Source: Ruditapes philippinarum (Eukaryota). Taken from it: a DNA stretch of 64,000 bases. A program made the translations under genes and the position numbers. The notes under the pieces are model-generated. The model was not told where the DNA came from. It saw only the letters and a program-made list of their open reading frames with translations, and searched no databases. The stretch is taken from the NCBI RefSeq assembly GCF_026571515.1, contig NW_026860746.1, positions 1 to 64,000 of the forward strand. Direction: 5' to 3'. Shown one piece after another: positions 13,401 through 25,400 of this stretch; positions within the stretch are counted from its first letter, which is position 1; every line of letters starts with the position of its first letter.

Positions 13401-16400
13401 AACATTTATCATACTTTCCTTTTGAGTTTCTCAAAAAAGCTTTGAATCATCAAACATGTTCATTCATGAAGCTCAATAGGGACTATAAGGGAGAGCCTCA
13501 GACTCATAATTCAGGGATGACGGTGAAGTGACAATTGTTCTTGGACATTGGTTTTAATTGTTATTTGTCTCTCACTACTAATATAGAAATCATGTGGGAT
13601 TAGAAGTCCATGGATCGCTGGTTCTACTATTGGGCGAAGTGAAACATCCTTGTGACAACTGATATCAGACATTGAGCCTAATGGTCATTTGTCTCTCACA
13701 TCTGATTCAGAAATCATGTGATATTAATAGTCAGGTCACTTTTGGAAAAATTGGTAATTACTGGTTAGTTAAGCAAGGAACGTTGGTTCAGTGGACTATG
13801 TACATTTTCTAGGGGTGACCATTAATCATGTATTATTATCAGTGTGTATAGTACTGGCTGCTGACAAGTATAAACAGGGCACATAATTATAATAATATTT
13901 TTTCTGTCAGACTTGAAGCCCACTATAACAGCCTGGTCTCTTTAGAAATTGATAACCATTTATACTCTTTAGAATGTTTTTATATTGCATGCATGAAAAC
14001 CAATAGCCTATGGTTTAGACCTGTAATATCTGGCTTACAAAAGAGAGAGTAAGACCAGTTTTCTGATATTTCTTGATAGAGTTGGGAAAATTCAAAAAGA
14101 AAAGATAATTGTTGTTTTTAACAAATTTTACATTAAGGTAGTTCTTTCACAGGTTTTTCTTTATATTTTTTTGTTGCTATGGTTTCAGGTGATACAACCA
14201 GTACATCTGCGTGGGGCTCCCGCAAGTCCAGCATCAAAATATCATCATTTCAACAGCAGGTAGAGTATCTCCTCACATCGCGAGAGAGGTCCATGCTGAA
14301 AAAAGCCCTTCAACTCTACTCTGAAAACAGGTATATATTCACTTTATCGCCGATTTTATGACTCTGTAAAAGTGGTATTGCACAGCTGTGCATATATTTC
14401 GCAGTGACGTCATTAACATTGTAAAACATATTTAGTGTAAAAACATGCTAAATGTTACGGTTATAAAATGAAAGACTGTCTTTTGCACTTTAAACAGTCT
14501 TTAATTTGTTTATGTGATAAATATAATATTAAATTCCTATAGGTTCATTACTGAATTTATTGAACTGGTTGATTTGTTCAATGAATTCAGTATTGAACCT
14601 ACACTCATTTAATATCCTCTATTTATTCACTCCTAATGGTATTTGTACAGTCATTTAAAATGAAGTGACTGACAGAGACTTTGGATTCTTTCTAAGAGAA
14701 GATTATCAAGCTAGCTTACAGAAAGCCAACTTGACCTTGTATGTGAAATAATACTCGAAGGGTCACCTGAGATTGTGGTCCTCCACCTGCGATCCCTAAA
14801 AGTCATCATTTGACCTCTTCAGTTGTGGCATGACCTAAATTCCAAACATTAAATGCTTTGAATATACATAAACCTTGTTAACTTAATTCCAAACCAACCA
14901 GTACATGTGTACTTTTTTTTTTATTCTAAGAAGCATAGAAGATAGAGACCTTTAAAATGTTTTTGAAATATATTTTAAGATTTAACAGTCTCTTAGCCAA
15001 AGATTTAGCCTGTGTCCTCCAACTTTCAAAGGAGACTTTTTTCTCACTTAAATTTCAAAGCAGTGGCTTATATCTAAAAATGAATTTGATAGTGGAAGAA
15101 AGCAAGGTCTTTTGCCAGTATTAACAGTTTAATTCTCAATGTGGCTGTGACCTTGACCTTTGACCTAATTTAATTTAATTTTCAATGTATGTTGTGACCT
15201 AGACTTTTAATATGAAAATATATCTAATAGAAAAGACATGTATAACTTGCTGTTCCATTTAATTTTCTGAATACTTTTGGTGATAATAACCCCTTTAGAA
15301 ATGACATGATGATAATGATAATATTGAACCCCCTTACAAATGGCAATGGACTGTTCCATACAAAAAAATGAACAAGTCCATGAAATATATTCTGCAATAT
15401 GAGGCTAAGAGGAAAGAGGAATATTTCTATTTCAGAAATGTTGATAACTTGATTGAGGATCTGGATGTCATTCTAGACACGCCCTCTAAGAGGACATTAT
15501 GGATGTACATCATACCTCTGTTAACACAGATGCATCAAGATGTTGTTCGACAGAGAGTAGGAACAAAACAGGTGTCCAGTCTACAAACTACGTCAGGTAA
15601 AAATGGTCATAATTTAGGAAACTCAGTAACCATTGATCTAGGACATTTAGAGTAATGGTCGTTTGTCTCTCCTTGCTGATTGAGAAATAACATGTGGGGT
15701 TCGAAGTCTGTTATTTGTGGATTGATAATTACTAGTTTGTTATCAAGGAAAGCCGGTTTAGTGGATCATCACTTAACTACTAGGCCTTTGCTCTCTTTAA
15801 CCCTTTTCCTGCTACATATCTTAAATGCCCTTGTCCATCTTTCAATCTGGACAACTTTTCATTACTTGAAGGGAAAATTTCAAAATGTTAATTGACTGAA
15901 TAGCTAAAATTGAGGACCATGATGAGATGAAATGTGCTTGCTGATCTTGGTCTGCACTGGTCGCATAGGCTTAATCAGCAACATTTCTGTAAGGGAGACA
16001 TGCAAAGATAGTAAATAATAATATGGTCCAATGTTACTTTAAAAGCTGTCTTAAGGTATAATTTTAGAGATTTTTATTTCAATTTTAATAGTTGATTCTC
16101 AATGATAAGGCAATTTTTTAGCTTTTTGGGGTATGGTGGGTGTTTTGATATTATTATTTCTTTTCTTATTTTCCTCTTTTGTGTGTTAAACTTTTTTGTA
16201 ATACAAATCTTAATATAATACTCTAATGTTTATTTTGTTTTAATGAAATCATATGTAAAATACCTTGCTATAGGTATGTCCTTATGTGATTTTTAACATT
16301 CACTTTCATTATGATATTGTTTTCAGAGTCTGAATCTACTTTACCAAAGAAATCCACATCCAAAAAGGTACATGTAAGTTTATTCATTATCTTCCTGACT

Positions 16401-19400
16401 TTATTAAGGACTGCAGTACAGGACTGCAGATTGCAATGCATATTTCTGATTTAGTTCTGTCTTTTGTTGTAATATTGTTATTAAGACCTAACTGTAAGTC
16501 TTTCCAAAATGTGGGGAAAAACACCGTTAGAAATAAAGTCTTTAAAATAATTTATCTCATTACTAATAATTATGACAATGTCTGAAATTAATATGAGATT
16601 TGTCGGCTGAGTATAATAATGTCTAAGCTCTGGCAATCATGCCGAAATGTCCCGAATGTCTGGGATTGTCCCAGAATTCTAGTTATTTCCACAGAGGTAT
16701 CCCAAACGTAAACATTTCCTGTAAAATATTATTAAAGTTCTTACCAAACATTACCTACAACCTTATAAAATGAATAACCAATGCCTTCCAAAAGAAACTT
16801 TGTAATTTCTTTGAAATTGCACTTTCGATGAAGTAGATATTCTTTTATTAAATTTTATACTCTTAAAGGTTGTTTTCATTTTCAGACAAAGTCTTTGTAT
16901 GAATTTCCAGACATGCTAAGTCTCGTGATCTCAGCTGGGCCCATTCAGAAGTTAACAAGAGATAAAATAGAGTAATACAATGCTAATATTATGGAAGCTT
17001 TGGTTATCTCTGAGTTCACTTATGAGAATGAGTCATAGCTCAATATCAGACTGTGTCAGCTCAATATTACAAAAGCTTAGATGTCATTGTAAATATAAAT
17101 ACAAATGGTAAATATTGTCTCAAGCTTTATAATATATATTCCAGCCGTATATGTCATCTGATGAGGAGCATGATTTTATCTCTAGATCTGGGGACAGAAA
17201 ATCGAAATCCAAACCTACTGGTATGTATTTCAAAGCTCCTAGCTTTTGAAAAGTCCTATCTTGATAGAAAGAACTATATGATAAAGGTACTGAAAGTTAG
17301 CCTCTTTAACAGTTAAGGGTTTAGACAGCAGACTTAGGGGTTATTGTCCTCTATTATGGCAAAGCCCTGTTAGTATGTATGCTATTACTTGGCAGATTTT
17401 TGTGGATTTATTTTGATTGTGTCAGTATAAACTTGCAGGTATATGTTTCAACTATTACTAATTCTGTAGATGCATTTAGACTACATCGAATCTGCAAACA
17501 ACTGTAGTTCTTGAGTGAACCGAATCTAAAAGGGTTTCATCTAAACCTTACCAGAACAATCCAATACCTATGATATTTTATCAATGTCCTGTGATTCATT
17601 TATTAATTAATTAGGGGTTATGAAAATGTAAAAATGTTTGTCTGACAATTTTCTGTCACTTGTTCACTTGTGAGCTTATTCAAATCTGTATATATCATTA
17701 CTAATACAGCTCCCCTTGGTGGATTAGACCTGTCAATCATTAAAGAACTAGAGGAGACACGAAGAGCTGTACAGGAAGTTAAAGAATTTTTGACTAAAGG
17801 ACAAAGTCCAGGTACAGTATAAAAAACTTACTTAAAATAATACAAAACCTCTATATCACCATGACATATAACACTTTCATCTCCCTTATGTAATTATAGT
17901 ACATTGTACTGCTTGACTAAAAGCCAATTGGATGATTGAATTTAATTACCCTCATTCAAAGTTAAATAACTATTATACTAGTCAAAGGTCAAACTGATTT
18001 AGAAAATATGTGTAAATAATGTATATCAACATTTTTTTTTCCATTATTACGAATTTACCAGAAAGTGTACACATTTTCAATGTAACTTAATGATACGATA
18101 TAACATTTCTATGAATTTGCTGTTAATAGGTACTGCGAATTCACTTATATTCGTGGGCATGAAAGTTCGTGGTTTTATCAAAACGGGCATTTTCGTGGTT
18201 CTTAAATTCGTGGATTTTCGTTTTCTTGTAAAAAAAAAAATTCAGTAACCTAATGCAAAGTAATTTTAATCGCCGAACATTGTTACTTACAACATGTACA
18301 TATCTTTACTTGTCACACAGCGGTTGTCAATAAATTTAATCCTTGCCTCTGGGTATAACTCTAATACAGCACAGTTACTGCCGATAATTGACTGCAATTA
18401 ACACATTTATGTGACATGATATGCACCTCCATTGGACACACTGCCCCTGTAATTCGCCGATGTAAACATCGCATAATTTATAATAATAGCAATAGCACAA
18501 AAACTGATTAAAAATTATATAAACTGGAGCATTCAAAATCAACGAAAGAAAGTACAATAAATCTGTTTTAGCGATCGTATTTTTTATAATTTTGTGTACT
18601 TACGACATTAATATCAAAGACATTTTTTTAAAATTAATAAGAGCAAACTGAGAATTTTTATTAGCGCTAATTATTGCACTGCCTGGGTTCCCATATTAAC
18701 TCGATTATGTCAAGTATTCTTGTTAACACAATTAAGTCCTAGTAGACTACAACGATCAAGTATGTATATGCGACATTTGTGACAGTAAATTGAGGACATA
18801 TAATCGAGTTTTCTTTCAAGTTTCTTAAATATTGCAAACGGATTTAATATGTCACTAACCTGGTTATCTGTCTGTACTTACATTCATTTCACGAAATATC
18901 GGCCGGAAAAGAGCCGACGCATGTTTGTAATATATAGAACAGAGACAGGGTAAGAAGTATTTGTCGGGATAAAAGTTCGTCGGATCTTAAATTCGTGGAT
19001 TGACCTACCCACGAAAACCACAAAAATTCGTGCCCCACGAATAATAATGATTTTACAGGATATAGAAGTTGACTTTAAAACTTAATACTGTGTTATCTTA
19101 ATATTCAAATTTCTTACAGAATTTGATCGTGAGAATTTCAAGTATGTTACAGTTATTCCAATTGAACGACAGCTCCAAGAGTCGTCCTTACATTCACCAA
19201 TTAGTATACAGCTTCCCGGCCAAACAATTCCAATGACCTTGAACTCTCAAAATATTCCAGGGGTTTTAAATCCCAGTCAAAGACTATATTCAGCACAGGA
19301 AGTTCAAAACTTAGAGGGTAGACTCTTTTCACCTGTGTCAAATAGTGGCGTAAGACCACATTTAAGTGATTCTGGACCAAGAGTTAGATTTCCCGCTAAT

Positions 19401-22400
19401 TTCATGGGGTTTGAAAACACTGCTGAAAGTGATGATTCACCGCGGAGTCCACCAAGTTTTGTTATAGACCATGTGGACGAGAACAGTAGATTAAAAATTC
19501 CGCCAAATTTTATGACAAGTGGGACAGAAAGTGACAATGAGATTGAGTTAGAGAGGCGGGCCCAATCTCAGCTGCTAGTATCTAAATTTGCTAAAATGGG
19601 AGGTATGTATCACTAGGGCTGTCATTGACAGAAAATATTGTATCGATATATTGAAGAGTAAATATTAACAATATATTGAGTTAAAATACATTTATATATT
19701 AAGCTATTATACAGTTAAGTTATTAAACAGGGTCTTTCAAATTTCTATTTGAAAGACCCTGGCTATAATAGATGATAAACTCTGTCATCAAAATGTTGGA
19801 TATGCTTGGTTTAGATATATAAAAATGCAACTGACCAGAAGAAACAGTAACTTCTGAATATTATAAATATTAAGAAAATGAAATTGCTGTTATAATTAGT
19901 TAATGGAACGTTGGTGGCTGTACTCGGGTGCCAGTTTGTGCCTGAAATAAAGCATGAAGGGGAACCTGAGGTCTTCCTCCACTAGAAAAGCTGGAATGTA
20001 GCCATATGACCATTATTGTGTTGGTGCCAAAGATATAAAGAAATAATTTATATTTAAACAAGCTTTGAGAATACAAGATCCATAGATAATGGAGAATTGT
20101 ATAGGTCACATTTTTACTCAATAAATATAAACATCTCTTCCTCAAAAAACTTCCAAAATTTCTGAATTAATCTGCTCTGAAAGTTTGTTAAAACACAAGT
20201 TTTGGATGAAAAACTAGGCAGTGACAATTTCTGCAGTATATAATGTAATACATTCATGTACATGTATTTATTTGTATTTGGTATGTACATTTAAATTTGT
20301 TTGCAAGATTTTGATAACATACAGTTGTTTCTGAGATTTTCTTGAATTCATTTATTTATTTGCAAGAAATGTGAAAAACATTTGAAATTCAGGTGAAGAT
20401 TCATGAAATTCAGTTTTAATTGTCTATGGTTTTGTTTTATGAAGCTCATACTATGACCTTGTTCCTCATGTGTTACACATATAATTTCAGGGGACACATT
20501 TAACAGACATGCATTGACAGCCTTAAAACAATTGGACGCAGCAGTCGCAGCGGAAGTGTCTGACCTTGAGAACAGTGGCGATGCTAAGAGAAAATCAGCA
20601 GACGTCAAAGTGGCGCCATCTATAAATGGGGAGACAACTTCGTCTGTACCTGCTCCACCTCCACCTCCCCCACCACCAGGTTTGTTGCATATAATTAATG
20701 AAATTGATAGTTACCATTTCTTTTATTCAATCATAATTCCAACAAATTTGTGTAATGAACTGCTTTGTACTTGGAACTGTCCTTTTTCAATTTTATAGAT
20801 GGTGATATGAAAGTATTAAAATATGAATTAAGGTAAGACTACATGTATAGAGAAATGCAGCCTGGTCTGGTATTTGATAGAGATAGGACAATGTCTGCCA
20901 TTATTAACATCAGATGCCTTCACCCAAGTCATAGATTGAAAGAGTTTACTCTGTGTGTAATATGCATATTTGAAATGAAAGTATGTTATAGGACGGTGAC
21001 CTAAATTTTTTTTCATTATGATTCTCTGTAATGGAGCAATGTTTAAAAAGAATCTGCAAGCTAGTGTATTTTTTTCATCTTTAACTTCATATTTCATCCT
21101 AAGTTTTGTAGAAACAATTTACTACTCCTGTCTCCTTATTAGACTATCAACATATTGGTTTAAACATATTTATTTAAGCTCGATTGCGAAACAAGTTCTT
21201 GCAACTCATATAAATCACTTTCTAGTCTGCTTCCAGGAACCAACCAGTACTGGTGTCATATGAAGAAACATGGTCATAACCCGAGTAGGGCTCAAACCCA
21301 TGATCTCTGGGTTGAGAGGCAGACACCTTAACCACTTGGCCACCTTATCACCCTTATCAACATATTAATTTGGTTTGATATGTTTACAGTTGCTCCTCCT
21401 CCTCCAGCACCTCAGCTGCCAGGAACCAGCTCACCAGATAAATCACAGATGAATGTGAAGAGAATTAACTGGGAAAAACTTGACCAACAAAGAGTGGAAA
21501 ACACTGTTTGGGAACAGGTACTGTTAACCTTTTACCCCATGAGCATATTGTGAAAAATGGCCGTTTCCATTGAAAAGCCTCCTGTTACAAGTTCAAACTG
21601 CTATGAAATTATGAAAAATGCTTCAACACTGATGAAACTTGCCACAAGTGTTGACTTAGACCATAGCCTCTGTAACAATATGCTCAATTGTAAATTTCCT
21701 GTTACCATGGCAATGGGGGACGTCTCAAAATTGCCAAAAATCCCTATTTTGCATTGCTTCTTTCCATCAAAACTGATTTCAAAGTGCTGCAACTTCTGAA
21801 TGAAAAGGCTTTTCAGCATTGGTTACAAGATCGACCTGAGGCCATTTTTAGCCTGTCACATGTCCAAAATTTTCTTGGAGATGAGGGGGACTACCGCCCC
21901 CCTTCAAACCCCTCAAACAGAAGGGGGCACATCCCCCTTCTGGCGACCCTCTGATGCCCGGGCAGCGCCGAAAATGTGGTCACTTTTTTAACACCATTTC
22001 TCAAACGAAAAACAGTGTTGTGGGTCTAAAAATAGGGCATTTTTTTTACTGTTTGAGGCCTCAGAAAAGGGGGGGGGGGGGGGAAAGCAGTCAAAACACG
22101 TCAATATGAGGGAAAAGGTTAATATAGCTTGATGATTAAAATTGTATTTTTTAATTGCACACTGTTTTGAAAAACAGCTACTGTGAATATAAATTGATAA
22201 TTAAAATTGCTATTTAAAATTGCATTGTAAATTAAGCACTGTTTTGGAACAGCTAGTGAAAAGATATGATTGTCATTGTATTCAATCAGGTACTGAATGT
22301 AGCTACGTACATGTATAGGTCTGTTGGAAATATGAAATATGAGAAAAGCATGATTTTTTTTAAATACTATCATGGAACTGCAAGGTAACCAAACAGGTAG

Positions 22401-25400
22401 TGTAAACAGGATTATACATGTAGCTGAATAAAGCATTCAATTTGGAACTGGTACTGAAAAAAAAAATTCAATGTGTACTTATAGAATAACAATATGTGAA
22501 CAAATATTTTTTGTGTAATAACTTGGCTTGGCTGTTTAGAAATTGGATCTTTCCAGAATTCAAATATCCAAAATTATCTAAAATTAATCTCAAACACCAG
22601 TTGGGTCGGAATATTATACAAGATTCATTTTGTTTTTTGAGACATAATATTTGTTAAAGAAATATCAGTTAATATTTTATAAAGAAATATCAGTGACTTA
22701 TAATACAGAGGGATAAGAAGCTCAAAAAATAGAACATTTTCCCATCCAGGCTCACAATCCCTTGCACGAGATTCATAGGCCCTTGAAGTTGATCGATTTC
22801 ATCCATATTGTTTTACGTGACCGAACGTTTGAGTTGATTATTGATCTCTTATTGTTATTCATTTAATTTTATATATATTTACATATTATAGTCATATTTA
22901 TTCACAAATTTGAAAATTCAAGCTTGCGGGATAATTAATCGCTGATACAGATTTTAAGTGTATGACGTCAAAGCTGACTCTCTGTGGAAATATGAAGCAG
23001 ATTAATGAAGCATTTAAGAAAATTAAAAATTTGAACATGTTCTTGTAATTATTTACTGAGTTGTACTTGTTAATTTACTTTCAACGAATAATTTGAGTAC
23101 AATTTATGATAAAGTATTAATTGTGATATAATATACCTGTGATGTTACAGATTGGAGAAGCTACTGATTTACAAGATGTTGTCCGGTATCTAGAACTCGA
23201 GCAATACTTCTCCACAAAATCTCCAAGACACAGTAAGTTGATATTTCTAGTACCTACATCGTAATTTGATATTGCACCGAAATAGTAATTTTTTATCTCC
23301 CAGACTTAGAAAAATTTGATACATGTATTTCTTCAATTAAGTAATTTGATGTCTCACTGACATAAAAAGGTGATATCAATTTTGTCAAGCATCAAGGGAT
23401 TTTGAAACAATTTGGCACAATTGTGTAGCTTCAAATGAGATTGTGTGTCATATGCAAGACCTAGGCTCCGAGGTCAAGGTCACACTTAGAGGTCAAAGGT
23501 TACCTTGTCCAGCATATAACTGTTATGCATCAAAAGATTCTGAAATAACTTGGCACAAATATGAAGCTTGATGAGTTGGTGTGTCATGCACAAGACCTAG
23601 ATCCCTATTTTCAAGGTAAAGGTCACACTTAGAGTCAAAGGTCTGTCATAAGGAAATCTTGTTGGGCCCATAACTCTGTCATGTATGAAGGAATTTTAAA
23701 ATAACTATGCACAAATGTGTAGCATGATGAGATCGGGTGTCATGTGTAAGACCTGGTGTCAAGGTCATAATAAGAGGTCAAATGTCAGCAATCAGTGTGA
23801 ATATACAAAAGAAACTGTTTTTTATCAACATTTTTTGTTTATCTTTTTTTTTTAAGGTATTTTATTGCAAAAAAAATGGTGTCCTAAGATATGTGGCAGG
23901 AGCATTCATGTTTTTCAGACACATTTATAGTAAAAGATATTTTGTAAGTAATAAAGCTATGGTTTCTAAAAGCTGAACTTGAAGCCATAGTATCAAATTA
24001 AAAATTATACCTTATTATGCTTCCCGAAGGGTGAGGTTATAGTCGCCACTTTGTCCGTCTATCTGTCCATCCTCACTACCACATGGAGATAGGGGGCCAT
24101 CTAACTGTAAACTTAACAAAAGAGACAAATAAAATTCATTTCGTAACAATAGAATAAGGGGCCTTGGCCCATCTATTAAACAAAAGAAAATAACAATAGA
24201 AATGGTTCTTTATCACTATTTGGTTGCATGTCCATCTGGTTGTCTGTCTGCCCCTACGCATCTCTAGTCCGGGACATAACTCTGTAACAACAAGAGGTAT
24301 CCACATGAAATTTTAAGAGTAGATAGAATTCATTGGGTAGATGATTGTGCAGTGCACAAGAACCATAACTCTGCCTTGCCTAATTTTGGAATTACTGCCC
24401 TTTGTTCATTTTTTATACTTTGAACTTTGTCCAGGACATAACTCTAAAACTATAACAGATACATGTTTAAACATGAAACTTTGTAAGTAGAGAGATCTCT
24501 TTGGGTAAAAGTGCAGTGCAAAAGAACCATAAGTCTGTCTTGCCTAATTTTGGAGTTATTGTCCTTTGTCCATTTCTAAACTTTAAACATTGTGCAGGAC
24601 ATAACTGTAACTATAAGAGATATCAACATGAATCTTTGTTGGTAGATAGATGTCATTTGGTAAAAGTGCAGTGCAAAAGAACCATAACTGTCCCTTGCCT
24701 AATTTGGAGTTATTCCCCTCTGTCTATTTCTAAACTTTGAACCCAGGGCATAGAAACTTTTAAGGTAGATAGATCTCTTTGGGTAGAAGTGCAGTGCACA
24801 AGAACCATAACTCTGCCTTGCCAAATTTTTGAGTTATTGCCCTTTGTTCATTTTTATACTTTGAACATTGTCCTTGACATAACTGATAGTATAATAGATA
24901 TGAACAAGACACTTTGTAGATAGATAGATCTAATTGCATAGTGCATTGCACAAGAACTGTAACTCTGCCTTGCTTAATTTTGGAGTTATTGCCCTTTGTT
25001 CATATTTACATTTTGAACTTTGTCTGGGACATAACTCTGACACTATAAGAGGTATACTTTTCTGTGTCCAAAATCTATTCAGGGAGCATCCGGTTCATCC
25101 TGTTCTTGTTTTAACTTAGTTTTAAGAAAATGAATTTTATTTCTGTTTGTTATTTTAGAAACCAAACTAACTGGTAAGGATTTATTCCTCAGGATAAATT
25201 TTTATTATAGACTGACTTGTATTTATAATTTGCATAATCATTTATATATTGCTTTATAATGTCAATTTATTTAACTATTTCTTTTCCTAGACATGTTGTA
25301 AACAAATTGTATTTGCTTTAAAAGGGTGTAAAGCTATAGAAGGTTGAAATGATGCATTTTATGTGTTTTTCTTATTCTTATGGTCAAATCTTACAAAAAA

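Noticed and set aside
21557-21991. Similar short ORFs at 21557, 26578 and 38549 suggesting a gene family
   Set aside because: They are copies of one MITE and show no transposase motifs.
23460-23790. AGGTCA nuclear-receptor half-site cluster
   Set aside because: It is an intrinsic part of a common repeat core, with no evidence of regulatory use here.
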